Shown here piece after piece: positions 34,354 through 47,779 of a stretch of DNA of 64,000 nucleotides (position 1 is its first letter; the number at the start of each line of letters is the position of its first letter). Under the pieces are notes generated by a model that saw only the letters and a program-made list of their open reading frames with translations, did not search any database and was not told where the DNA came from. The translations under genes and the position numbers were made by a program. This DNA is from Vermamoeba vermiformis (Eukaryota). The DNA is taken from NCBI GenBank assembly GCA_045837725.1, contig JBEWZL010000270.1, positions 1 through 64,000 on the forward strand, read 5' to 3'.

Positions 34354-36900
34354 TTATTGCTGGTGCTGGTATTGAGAGAACTGATCCGGTTTGAAGACAA
34401 ATCCTTGAGGGAACTGTACGGGCATTGAGGGGAGATGATGCATTACCGAGTTCGACGACATATCTATTTGCATTGCACTAGATGTACTTGCAAGAGGAGG
34501 CAAGTTAGGGAAGTACGAAGGTGCAGATGTCGTCGTGGAAGGCGAGGACCAAGAGGCCGGTCTACGCTGCTCTTGAGGAGGTTCGATCGACCTTCGTTTA
34601 AGAGGTGGTGCCTCGTAGTCGTACGTGCCCGGTGAAGACGGACTGCTCAAATCAGTCGGTGTGGCGGTGTCACGAGAACGCGGTGAATCAATGTCCGCTG
34701 AACGTCGCTTGAGAGAGTTCTGAGGGCCAGGGACTTGGTAAGGTGACAAGAATGAGCCAGCTGGTGTTGTGACAACTCCGTAAGTAGGCCAGCTGGGCGG
34801 TCTGAACTGTGTCGAGTTGCCCATCATGTTGAACGGGGTCGTGGTGATAGGAGGCAACTGCGGCGTGGCTGAAGGCTGCGGCATCAAGAACGGCGGTGAA
34901 GGATTGAACGGAGGATACATTGCACTTGAGCCAGGACTCGTGCTTTGTGAGTACGAGGGTGTCGGTGTGGGCAATTGATAGGGCTGTGAGAGGTGTAACT
35001 GATGTTGGAACTGTTGCACCATTTGTTGCTGTTGCATTTGAGCCACTTGATCCACAGTCGAAGTGAACTGCGAGAAGTTGGGCAATTGTTGGCCCGCAGG
35101 TGTGGGACCTTGTGTTTGTGCTTTGATCGGTGTCGGGACCTTAATCTCAAACTCGTGCTTGCCAGGATTGTTTAAAGGCCAAGGAGGGTAAGTTCCACGC
35201 ACATTAGCGGGAGCGATGGGTTGTTGGTAAGGCGAAATTAGCCTGTTAATGTCGAAACCTCCAAGTGAAGGAGCATTCGTACCAGCTGCATGAAACGAGA
35301 TATTAGCAACGAAACAAATGGGTAACATGACGTAAGAGTTGCCGGTAATCTGGTTAGAGATTTAAGTATTGCAAAAATTCTTACCTGGTGTAGATCCCAC
35401 GCCGGTTGGAGTAAATGAAGTGGCTTCTTTAAACTTATCTTTCTTCTTTTGTTCGATTTGCCTTGCCTTCTTCTCTTCTTTTTGCTTTTGCATTCTCTTT
35501 TGTGCCTCTTGCTCTTCTTCCGACAGACGCTCGCCAATGAACTGCAGCAAGAAGATTCTGTCGCCTTTTTGGTGCAGTCTCGTTATATACAGCTTGGCTC
35601 TGAAAGAGAGAAATTAGATACTTTGCTAAGGAATTGAATCAAAGAAAGAAGCACGCGGAATCTGAACGTGGCAGGCGGTCAGAATCTCGCAGTATGAACG
35701 TAAAGCTCGTAGTATTATGCGATACTAATTCTCCGTTTGAATAGAAAGTAGTCATAAATATAATAAGCAAACGGAAACCACAGGATCTGTCTGTGTTCTC
35801 CGACATTTTTAAATATAAAAGTGAAGATTCGGAGACGTCACGGAGCTGTCAAAAACGATTCAGCAATTCGATAAGCGCCTATTTGATCCGATTGACTCGC
35901 CGTTAAGAGTATATTAACATGTCTATCGATTATCAAAGGATGTAGCAAAAGTAATCATATTTGATTTGAAACTTAAATTTGAAATTCGCAATAAAATTAA
36001 TTCACTTATTGGCAGCCAATACGTGCGCAGTGCACGCACGCTATCATCCAAAAGTAAAGAATTTAAGCTTGTGCTTATAATGTGGATCCACATCTGAAAA
36101 AGTCGAGAAGTGTTTCCGATCGGTGACTTTTTAGTCCACTTAAATTATTTTGAATATTTACCTGACATCTGTGTACTTCTCTCTGTGCTTCTCTTTGTCC
36201 AAATAGTAGTACATGCGTTCCGTTACGTAGTAAGAGTTCAATTTGTTTCGATCCCAAACAACTGCAAAGTCTGTCTCATTTGGATTTGCAATAGTGCGAA
36301 TCTTTTCGAAAGGATTCCACTTGTTTCTGCTTCGTTTCCAAACAGTCTCATCGGTTCCAAGCTTGACTAAAATTGAAGGACCAAATCCTTCGTCGTACTC
36401 GCGATCATCCTTTGCTTTATACAGAAATGCCGAATAACCTTAAAAGATACTCGTTAACATTGAATATTATGATATTGGCATAAGTAAAGAGCAGAGGCGA
36501 ATTGACAGTAAGTCAACAAATTTTGATCAAAAGCGTTTCCGGTTTCGGATGAGCCCAAGTGTTCCCAAAAATTGTAAATCGTCGCAGTTGGTTGTCATAT
36601 ACTGAACTATACTATCATACTCCGCTGGGTAAAATAGCAATACTTGGGGTTCTTCCGAAACCGGATTTACTCACAACTGTCAGCTTCTCTTGCATTTTGT
36701 GTTTTTTCTACGAAGCAAAAAAAAGCAGGAAACGTATAATATTAAGATAGATCACATATTCTACCGTTAAAATGCTTTTGTTAAGTCATAATTGATTGAG
36801 ATTATGGCAATAATTCGCTTTCAAAACAATTTCAAAGAGGGCAAATTCTCCGCTAATTACCTTCAACTTCACCTTCCTCGAAAAGCTCGCCTATGAATAA
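34354..36900 (-). CDS. Hypothetical protein with a long Pro/Gln/Ser-rich disordered C-terminus (possible transcription regulator)
   Basis: ORF 34354-35328 plus upstream exons (~35385-35599, ~36228-36436); KRR basic motifs. 5' end uncertain. Confidence 0.5.
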
Positions 36901-37741
36901 TAGCGGTTAATACACGAAATAGTTACTATAAAAGGTATTTAATTTAAATTAACGAATAAAAGTCGCGGCTTGCTCACCTAAAATTAAGGGCTCTTCAATA
37001 TAACCAAGTGGTTCTTTGCGTACTAAAAATCTAATAACTTCATTCTTTTGAAATTCTCTATTAAACTTTCTCTGGCGCTTTGTTTTGGTTGGTTCGGATT
37101 CCATCTATATACATTAATTAATTCAGCTTGATTCTATGGCATATTTATTATGTTATATTGCGGTAATAGAGTACTTACACGATCCGAATACGAATATTGG
37201 TCATCCATTTTTGATTCTTTAACTATGAACGGAAGCTCTTATTTAAATCCGCAATGGTGAGCTTCAAATCTGAATACTGATCCAAAACTCTGAAGGATAT
37301 TATACAATAAAGGCGGAATCTGCCGTGTACTCGCTTGTTCGAAGATAAATAAATAATGCTCCCGTTTGGTCGTGGACGAAAAATTGAAAAAAAACTAAAT
37401 TTCGTCCATTTTTGTTTGCTTTGCTTGGTACTGAGTGGCAGAGTAACTTTAAAACAAACATAACAAATCACTAGATTCGAACGTGCATTTAAATCCCAAT
37501 AGGATCTAGTTGAATGCACCCGCTTCTTGTATTTTAGGAATCCGTTGTGAAAGTAGCGCAACATTTCGCGCTGACCTCGCGTAAAAGCAGCTTGCTTAGG
37601 ACAGAAGAACGATGCTATTGGCGTTGAAGGCTTTATTTACCGCGTTAGCGTCATTACAAACAATACCTTTTGTTCTAAAATCGTCGGGCCAATGGAACAT
37701 TGCTTGTATTCTTCTTGACCGATCGGATCAAGCCACGCCAC

Positions 37742-38870
37742 CTATTTATGTGAGATGTTGCTGGTCAAACCCATGTACATGCCAGCCACGAAGCCAGTTT
37801 TGAAGGGAATCTTGCTAGTCAATAAGCGCACGAATGCATCGAAGTAAGATCTACGTTTGTCCCACAACGGAGAACTAGAAGCCAGTATCTTCGACCAGTT
37901 CACGGTAACAAAGTTCTTGTAGGCCAATATTTGCAACACTACGTATTGGATGCCAAATACCACGAGCAGACCACGACCAAGGACTTTCAGAGCGTAGCCT
38001 GTTGCGAATCCAATCAGCGTGCCAAATGAACCCTCTTGCAAAATATCTAAAAGAGCGAATCAATTAGCCTCGGGAGATTTAATAGAGTTGGCCATCGCAG
38101 AAAGATTTAGTTCACGTATGAGGATCAATGTTTATCCTGACCGAGTCCACCAACATGTGGAAATCAATCACACGAATTCCCATATGAAGGCATCGCTTCA
38201 ACGGCGCGATCATACTGCGGTTTGGATTGATTCAATAAACAGCATTAGATCGGAAGATCTTGTGCGTCCGCAGATCGTAAAAAGAAACAGAACAGAACTT
38301 ACTGAAGGTCTTGTTCTTCGCTCTTTCAGCAATTGTTGCAGCGTCTTTTTCGACCACTACGGGCTCGCCTCTCTATAAAACAGTGAAACGTTAGCACAAA
38401 GATTCTGTGGTTCAAAACGGCGCGTAAACTCCTCGACGTAAACAAGATGTAAACGTCGATATGTCTCGTGTACAACGACGCACATTCTGAGAGTGTCCTT
38501 GACAACTAGGACAAGAGTTGGCCGTATAAAATCTAGCTAGATATTCGTGCGAATTTCTGATTTTGTGAGTTCGGGAACAAACCCACATAATTTCGTTGCT
38601 TGCTTGATTTTGCGGTGTAATTGCATTGTCTTTACTTAATGTGCAGAGTTGCAATGATTGGACGTGCCTTAGGCACGAAAATTACCAAAAAAAACAGCTG
38701 TAAAAGGAACTTACCGTATTAGGTGCAACGACTACTGCTTGGCTCGTGCTCGTGCCAAATACTGCAACACATTATTAGATGCTATTATAATTACATGCAC
38801 GCGCTAAACGTACTAAGGTAGGATGTTCCGAGGACCGCCGAGCTGCTAAAAGCAAGCAGGTGTGACACAT
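37742..38870 (-). CDS. FUN14-family membrane protein
   Basis: GSFGTLIGFATGYALKVLGR...LQILAYKNFVTVNW...GFVAGMYMGL. Upstream small exons are tentative. Confidence 0.8.
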
Positions 38871-39372
38871 TTCTTCGTTCTGCAATATTTTTATCAGTCG
38901 CGATATTAAACAAAGCATTTATAAAAGCTTGGTGGACCGTAAGGCTAAGAGAAAGGATGGCAGTGTAAATTTTACTCCGCTAGCTATTTTCGGATTGAAA
39001 CAAAAAAAAAATTGCTCCTTAAAATTTGAGGAGGCAGACTCCGAACTTACGCGTATTTAAAAAATAGCTGCGAGGGTTTTTGATGCTTGTTTGTGCATTC
39101 TTTTGCAAAAGCGAAGCTGATCTTCGTGTCCCAGCTCGCTGTGCAATTGTCCGGACGGCAAATACGACGCAACGAGACATTTTACTGTATTAAATATTTA
39201 GTAAGTGACTAGCTCTATTATTCTATTTGTTATTGCTGAAAATTTAATTTGGTTAAAGTATTCAATTTCGATTGCAAGCGAATCTGCAGTAGTTTCCGTA
39301 ATATTGTGACGATCACACGAACGATACTAAGTATCGAAGGCTTTGTACTTACGGCATAAGCAAGATCGACGC

Positions 39373-40016
39373 TTATTCATCGTCTAACGCATTCGGATTG
39401 ACAATCTGCATTTGCTGAGCTTGCTTCATTAATTCGAATATAGCGTCTTCAACTAGCCTGTCGAGAGCAACATCCAAATTTTCATTAGAAAGGTTGTTTT
39501 CTGCCTTCTCGATCTTTGTCTCAATTTGCTGGTTGTCAGCGATCAGATTTGAGATTGCGAGTAACACTTCCAGCTTTTCTTGCTCGGTTGATTTTAACGT
39601 GGAAAATATTGACATGTTTTCTGCTTTCATATTCTTCAGCTCTTCCTGTTGGGCCTAAATAAAATCTTTCGTCAATAACGGCTAGTAATCAAATTAAATA
39701 AATTCCAATTGCGCACTGCTCTGTAAAAGACAGTATAATTATAAGCGATGCATACCTTAATTTTTTCTTCCATTTTCTTAATTTTTCGTAATAACACTTG
39801 CTCATCAACGTCTTCTGCCTTTTTGACAATCTTTTCTGTGCTCTTCAATGCTTCAATCAACTTTTTATTTTCTTTTTCTATAGGATCTAATACTCCTCGT
39901 CTGCTAGCGAGTTCTTCCTCCATTTCCTTCATCTCCTGCTTGAAGCGAAGCATATCCAGCTCGTGTGCTTCCCTTGTATAAGGCTTTGCCTCGTGATGGT
40001 GATCGTTATGGTCCAT
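39373..40016 (-). CDS. Coiled-coil hypothetical protein (2 exons)
   Basis: E/K-rich heptad-like ORFs 39672-40037 and 39373-39630, joined by an intron at ~39756-39655. Confidence 0.6.
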
Positions 40017-40296
40017 GTCGATAGTTCTCTCGTGCACTACAACTTAGTGAAACATAAGTAAAAGGGAGCGAAAAACAGTCACTTTTTCTACCAGATGAAC
40101 ACGAAAAACAATCAACCCTGATAACAGATTCAAAACATACGAAGAGAATCGATTAAGTAAATTAGATTGGAATGAGGTCTACAAGAGGCTGTCAAGTTGC
40201 ATCTCGAAGTGCTTGAGGACTTTTAAGGCACCTCGGACAGTTGTAAATTTCCCCCACGCTCGATACTATAACTTGCATTATGAATATTAAACACAA

Positions 40297-41114
40297 ATGG
40301 ACTCTGAAAAATTGAAGCTATTAATTAAGGACTCGAAAAAGACGAAGAGACTTGACCTCAGTAGTAGCGGATTGGATGAAGTTCCGCAAGAGGTAGTAAA
40401 ACTGCGTCATCTTGAAGTGCTGGACTTAAGTAATAATAATTTAACATATTTACCGGATGAATTAGTAAAGGGTAAGCCACATGGTATCGAAGTTAAATTT
40501 TTACTTTGGTAATTTTTTTATTTTTTACTTATTTTGTTTGCGTTTTATTATGATTAACGAAAGGCCACGTGATTTATACATTCGTAGATAATACTAATTT
40601 ATTGGAGTTGGATGTAAGCCACAACAAGTTGCGATCTATTCCAGAATCACTTGGTGGGATTAGCAGCTCCCTGCGCAACTTAAATCTATCTTCTAATATG
40701 TTAAAAACGTTACCTTCGTCAATGGCCCCATTTTTTACGTCGTTCTGCGTGCAACTTGTTCACACTCGCTACGGCTTCTACCATCAATATAACCATGCGC
40801 AGAGGAATATAAATGTGAGCGATAATCCTGAATTGGACGTCAATGACATGATTGCTGCGGATGACCACAGACAAGTCAATACAGTGCTAGAGAACAGGCG
40901 GCGACAAGGTAAAAGCTTGACCTAATATTGTGCGATATGTTCTTATTGGTGATGCTTAGAGGAGGAGCAGAAAGAAGCTGCAAAATTGACCCACCGACAA
41001 GAGCTTGCCAAAGAACAGGAACTGAGAGCTGAAGAGAAGCGTGAACGACAAAGAGAACGGAAAAATAGCGAAAAGAACAGGACAAAGAACATACGCATGG
41101 ACAGGGACGATTAA
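40297..41114 (+). CDS. Small leucine-rich-repeat protein with a charged C-terminal tail
   Basis: LDLSSSGLDEVP, LDLSNNNLTYLP, LDVSHNKLRSIP, LNLSSNMLKTLP; spliced; TAA at 41112-41114. Confidence 0.8.
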
Positions 41115-41277
41115 ATAACGGAGGGGTCCTCCTTGACGAAACAAACGTGTGCTTTGTGCTCGCAAATCACAACGGCTCCAATTAAATAATTTTCGTAACA
41201 CATAACAGCACGAGACCACAAACAACCTTGATATTTGAATAACGTCCTATGTAATAAAGTACTGTTAATGTATTTAA

Positions 41278-42963
41278 ATGGAAAAGATACGCCGCAAGTC
41301 GAGCAAGAAAGATCCGGTAAATAATTTTTTTACGGTATAAATACCTGTCTTTTAATTAAATTTCCATGCTTATCTGTTTAAAGTATTTTATTTGTATTAG
41401 CACTCATTTTAAAATTAGAGCTCATTGCACAAGGCAACGTCCTGGACTAAGATCGAGGAATATTCAACCAAGAAAAAGAATTTTATTATCGAACGTATTG
41501 ACGAAATGGTGCTACGAATACCCAACAAAGAAATGCACAACAAATATTTAATGCGAGCTATTCGATCCAGTTTTTGCATAACCAACGTCGTAATAATAGA
41601 AGAAGAATTCACTTTCAAAGAGTGGTCTTTCATTAGTCAAGCAATAATTGACAGTCAATCAATCAAGCAATTAATGATACGCAGCTCAACACTGCACCCC
41701 GATAATTTGCCTTTCATTTCAAAAATCTTATCCCAAAATCCACGGATCAAACGGCTGATATTGAACGGAGTAACTATAGTTCCGACATTATTTTACTCAC
41801 TATGCACGATCGTCAGCTCATACGTACAAAAACTGCGATTTTCAGTCATGCAGATCTCGTCGGAACAAATAGCTACCCTGCAGAGTTATCTTGATAAACA
41901 CGCCCGATCTATAGCAATAGAGTTTGACAACAAGGAGGTCAATGCAGAGATATGCGATATAATCAAGTGGAAGTGCTTCTCGTCGTTCAAATTGGTGCAC
42001 AACGTAGTCCCAGAAGAGCTCATGGAAAAGTTCACAAGCGCTCTAAGAACAACAAAAACGCTGAAGAAATTGGCAATGATCAATGTCGAAATGAATATGA
42101 AAGAGTTTTGCAGCGCAGTGACCGCTAATACCTCCTTAACGTCGCTCAAACTGTTGAACTGCCTGCGAAGTGACGACGAAACGCAGTACCTTTGTGAGGT
42201 TCTGGATAAAAATACGCACATTAAGACACTATCGCTGCGAGAGTTCTTAGTGAGCATAGAGTCTTCCAACATTCTCGACAAATTGAAGAACAGCACGTCC
42301 ATCACTTCACTCAAAATTGCTCTTCACATGTACGAAGCATACGAATCATTGTGCGAAGTTTTGATCCACAATCGAACGCTCAAGTCACTATTGTTGTGGA
42401 CTATGGTCGATAAGGATCACGTGCCGCTCTCAAACTTGATTAGGAATAACAGCACCCTGACACAGCTCAAGTTGAGTAATCTAGGATTGATTAGCAGCCA
42501 AGCAGTAGAAAACATTTGCAATGCACTCAAGTCAAACAAGTCAATCCGAAGCATAACGCTACCAATGTCAATCTACGACCATTACGAAAAACTAGAAGAT
42601 GTGTTTCGGACCAACAACACGTTGACTCACGTTGATATTTCAAGGACAAACTTAAAGGTACCCATTACAGTTCAAAGGCAGCTACTTGAAGCTCTAAGAG
42701 ACAATCGGGTCCTGCGCAAGTTCGAAATTTATGGAGAGTACGACCCTGGTTTGAAGGCATTACTCGAAAAGAACCAATCAGAGCAGATAGATAACATAAG
42801 AAACACATTGGCGCTGATTAAAATGATTGCATTACGAAAGGAACAGTTTTTTGCTATACTTCCGTTGGAGATCTGGTGTATGGTCATGTCGGCAGTCACC
42901 TTCCCTGGCGTAGATATCAATTTTGCTGAGGTTCTCTTGCGCGAGTGCAAAATGACGAATTGA
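41278..42963 (+). CDS. RNI-like LRR protein with C-terminal F-box-like motif (paralog 1)
   Basis: Short first exon MEKIRRKSSKKDP, phase-0 intron, long exon with NxSLTxLxL repeats ending LPLEIWCMVM. Confidence 0.85.
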
Positions 42964-43037
42964 CGTGTAAATATTGTAAAATAAATTTGACACATCCACA
43001 ATCTTTTTCACTCGGAGGCGAACACAAACTAACCACG

Positions 43038-44751
43038 ATGGATAAAAAGAAGAAAGACAAAAAAGACAAGAAACTCAAGGTTCAAAAGGAAAAAAAGGAC
43101 AAGAAGGATAAGAAAGCGAGCTACACTGACGTAGCTGTGGCTTCAAAGGTAAACAACCTTTGAATCCGATGCCAAATTTTTTTTAAAGCGAAATCTGTAG
43201 TATTGGAATGATTTATAAGCCGCCTTTCGTCGATAAATTATATCTGGATTTTTTGAAATTAAATAAAATTAGAATTCTAATTTTTATTTTCAGCCGGTCT
43301 CATCAGGCGTTCCTCTGTATCTTCGCTTCTCCGAAGTTCAACTCCCACAACCTACATTTACTAACAGTGATTGGGAGCAAGCTGGCATTGTTTTGGCGGG
43401 TGACACCGCGACCACCTTCGAGAGGTTATCTCTTCTACAAACTACTCTGGACAGCACAATTATTGGTCATATTTGCAACATTATTCGTGGAAATAAGCGC
43501 TTCAGAGAGCTCTATCTACGCACGATAACAATAGCACAGCCGGAGTTTGAAGCGATGTGCGAAGCACTCAAAGCGAATACATCTGTCAGCACGCTGTTGT
43601 TTGAGTCAGTTGGCTTATCATTGGGACAGTTTCAAGCGCTGAGCAAATGCTTAGAAGTAAATCAAAGCGTCAGGACGTTGCGCATCAAAAATGACAAGTT
43701 TTATCCGATCAGCGCGGATAGCATCAAGGATATTTTCACTAAGAACACTAGAATTCATACTCTCGGTTTGTCACGCGTGTCATTCCAAGCAAATGCGTTC
43801 GAGAAGATCTCCGAGATGATTAAATCAGCGCCAAATCTCACTGAACTCAATTTCATCGAAGTGGAGTTGGACGACAAGAAGTCGTTGATGCTGTTAGATG
43901 CTTTGAAGGTCAACAAAACGATCAAAAAATTGAAGTTGAAGAACAGCTTGAAGGCGGCAGGCATGATGCAGTTAGGAGAGCTGCTCGATATGAATACAAC
44001 TATTGAAGACTTAACGATCGTAAACAAAGGAGATGTCAGTGACGACGTCTACGAGAGACTAGCAAATGGCTTGAAGACGAATTACTCACTCAAAAGTCTG
44101 CGATGCATGATTAGTTCTCAAAAGGGCTACGAGTCATTTTTCGAAGTCGTGAACACGAAGCCAAAAATTCAAACGTTGAAACTTGAAATGCGTGGCATTA
44201 CGGATCATTCTCCGTTCGTCAGTTTCTTAAAAGAAAATCGAACGTTACGGCAGCTGGAGTACTTTACAGAAGAAAGTCTTACAGGCGATGTCCTGGAAGA
44301 AGTGTTTGAAGGCATTAAATTCAACAGAGGATTAAGGAGGTTTGGTTTTACAGCTAATGATTCAACCCTCGACAAATGCACAAACTTCTTCTCGGCGATC
44401 AAAATTAACGATTCACTCACGCACCTGTACACTCAGAATTTTCTACCAAACGAGAGGTCATTCTGGAGCAAAGTGGAAGAATCGCTGCAACACAACGAGT
44501 CACTGACTGCTATTGGCTTGCTTCAAACGAGCCCGGCCTCAGTGAGACCCTTATTAGAACGAAACAAGCAAAAGCAGTTACAACATATTCGGAGAGTGCG
44601 CGGTGTCATAAAGACAATCGTGCTGCGTGCCGATCAATTCTCTTTGCTGCTGCCATTAGAGATCTGGGCGATGATTTTGAGTGCCATTGAATTTCCAGGC
44701 GTCACAGTTGACTTTGGCAAAGTGCTTAGTGATCAAATAAATGCACAGTAG
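43038..44751 (+). CDS. RNI-like LRR protein with C-terminal F-box-like motif (paralog 2)
   Basis: Lys-rich first exon, phase-0 intron, LRRs (ALKANTSVSTL, ALKVNKTIKKLKL), C-terminal LPLEIWAMIL. Confidence 0.85.
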
Positions 44752-44863
44752 CCGAGATGGATTTGTAAATAAACGTGCATTAAGAACTCTAATGAGTCAT
44801 TTATTTGTGGATGGATGATGTGAGTGATAGATTGCAAAGCAAAAAGAGACCTGCTCGGTACAT

Positions 44864-45680
44864 CTACAAGATGAAGGGAATAAGAGCCTTTGAGGTGGTA
44901 CGGTATTTGCGGTACTGGTCGCCGAATTGCGCGATCAGCAGTTCTTCTTCAGCCTTGAGCTTGATCCAGAACGATATTGCAGCTAAGGCAGTTAAGAGGT
45001 AGCTCAAATAGTAGCCATTCATCATGCAGGTCCCAAGGTTGGCCTGGAGCATGCCCAAGTAGATCGGATGTCGAACGTATCGGTATAAGCTACAGAAAAT
45101 TTAGCTTCTACAGCATTACGGACTAGTAAAACGTACCCGCTTGTAATGAGGGAGTGATCTTCGCGAACTTCCACCCGACCGCGCCATTCTTTCCCCAGAG
45201 TCAAGCGAGCTGACAGATCCTGGTTTAAAAAGTTCAGTTACCAAACTTCAAATGCTGGGGTTAACTTACTATAATGATACCAATGGCAAACATGATGACG
45301 GATAGTACCCAGTTGAAGTGCCAAGCTCCCTTGATGTTCGCGGAGCTTTGAGCGGAGCCCACAATGACAAGATGCACGATCCGGGTCAGGGAGCCTTTTT
45401 AAAATCAAATAAAATTTAGCCGACGTTTGGTATCGCGATGTCATTATATCTAACCTTGAACACTGACGGGTTTCACGTTTCCCATGTCAGATTCTTTGTT
45501 TTCTCCTGTTTTTTTCGCTCCTCCCTGGAGCCCCGTTATCCCAAAGGTGTGTACTACTAAGAATACAACCCAAACAAAAATTGTTGCATAATTGTAATTA
45601 AATCCGAAACCCAAAAAATTCGGAAATAAAACCCAGCTCGCCCAGACAATATCAAAGGTTCTATCTATGATATTAAACAT
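44864..45680 (-). CDS. Isoprenylcysteine carboxyl methyltransferase (ICMT/PEMT) family membrane protein
   Basis: Spliced HSLITSG-LYRYVRHPIYLG...EEELLIAQFGDQYRKY. Confidence 0.85.
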
Positions 45681-45991
45681 AGTAAGCTAATTTCGTGTGT
45701 TGTTTACAATAGAATAAAGCGAAACAAATGACGTGCGTCAGGATTTGGGTATTTAAGCGGCGTAAATTTCAATCGTTTTTTAATCATCGCTCGAGATTTC
45801 GGAGTCGAAGAGACTTATGAGAGATTGATCAACTCAGATGCTTACACCGAACTTTTTGAACAGATCCTTATAACTTAGGGTCTGAATCTTTGTTGGGAAT
45901 TCGACATTTATTTCAGAACTATCTTCAAAATTATTTTTATTTGTTTAGAAGACAACAATATATATTAGCAAATTATTAGTGCACGCTTAGC

Positions 45992-47646
45992 ATGGAGAGA
46001 CATCATAAAAAGGAACCAGTAAGTTCTAATCCAGATTTATTTGCTTATAATAGCGTTGACAACTGTCGCGAAATCAATTATAATAATTATTATAATTTAC
46101 AATTATTTAGGAATTGAAAGCAAGTGATATTCAGACGATTCAGAATTTTGCGAAAAAGAAAAAGCGGTTTATTATCGAAAAATTGAGCGAATTATCAGTG
46201 AGCCATATTATAGCAAATAAGTACTTGGCGAAGGCAATCGCATGTTCAACGTCACTTCGAACTGTCCATTTCGAGAATCTTTATTTCACACCCAAACACT
46301 GGAAGGTTATCTGCGACGGAGTGTTGAACAACAATTCAATTGAATTGTTGGTGTTCAACCGGATGTTAGACATGGATGATGAAACATTGGAAATTGTTGG
46401 CCAGATCTTTGAACAGAAAAAGATCAGATTCGTGCACTTAACCCAGCTCTCCGCAAAACCACAAGTTATGGCTAAATTTGCATCGTATATAGCAAACAGT
46501 AATACAGTGGAGCGCATTACGATGTCGCATATTGCGAGTTACTCTGCTACGGATTATTTGTTTGGATGTCTCCGGAACAAACTCGTCACCAGATTTACAA
46601 TAAGACAATCTGCAATCACTGTCAACCAATTCCAATTCTTAGCGAGATACATCAACAATAGCAACATCACACATCTCCATTTGGGCCTTCAAATGCCGGA
46701 AGTGGATCTTACTCCGATTATTTCAGCATCAAACTGCGTCACAAAACTCACACTAAATAATAATATTAGAACTGTAAATGAAGCTACATTGTTAATCAAT
46801 GCAATGAAAAGAAATACAAGAATAGAATCGTTAAAATTCATTTTTGACAGCCCGCCAGAGGATCCGACCAACTTCGCGGAGCAAATTTACGCCTTATTAG
46901 CACTCACGAAGACACTAAAGAGAATATCATTTGTTGATAGGTCGCAGACACAGCATGCCATAAACGGAATTATTATGAATACAAGCTTGACGGCGTTAGA
47001 TATGACCGTCATGACAGCAGATCTCTATGATTTATTGTGCGAAGCGATTCTTAATCATCCAACGATAGAGAAAGTTAAGATAAGATCAGTTCAGTCACAT
47101 AACCACTTGACCTCGTTGAATCTTATCTGCAACAGCAAGACACTCACGGATATTGACATCAGTGATTCCGAGAACTTGGACGACAATATTTTGAAGCTAA
47201 TTTGTCAATCAATGACAACGAGGCAAATGCTTCGTCGAATCAGAATGACACTCGATACCGTCTCATTAGCAAACAATGACTTGTTTTGGCAGACTTTAAT
47301 GAACTGCACATCGTTGAGTTGCGTTGAAATCGATAATTCATGCTCTAAGCCATTTAGCGCTATTTGGAGCAAATTCGTGCAAGTTTTAGAAAAGAATAGA
47401 GAAATTACCTCGCTTGGCAAATTGAGCGATGCTCCGGACGAAATCACGCAGTTGTTAGACAACAATAAGAAGAGGCAGTTATACGGCGCTAGCTACGCAA
47501 AGATGTTCGTCTCTATGCTTGCGAAGCGAAGTGACTCGTTCACCGAAAAACTGCCGTTGGAGATCTGGGTCATGATATTGAAGAAAATTCGTTACAATAG
47601 CGTAAATGTAAAGTTTGATGAATTATTATTAAAAATGTTGGGCTAA
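45992..47646 (+). CDS. RNI-like LRR protein with C-terminal F-box-like motif (paralog 3)
   Basis: First exon MERHHKKEP, phase-0 intron, in frame with ORF 46114-47646; C-terminal LPLEIWVMIL. Confidence 0.85.
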
Positions 47647-47779
47647 TAAATGAGCGAAAAGGCTGCAAAAAATATAACACAAGAATACGGCGTTGTACGA
47701 GCTGAAAGTCAAATGCGCAATCGGCTGTTTTTACTTTCGCATTTTCGGAACAAAAATTCAATGCACGAATATCGATTTA

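Noticed and set aside
36900-37740. ORF 37223-37564 and neighbours
   Set aside because: No motif or convincing splice pattern; left unannotated.
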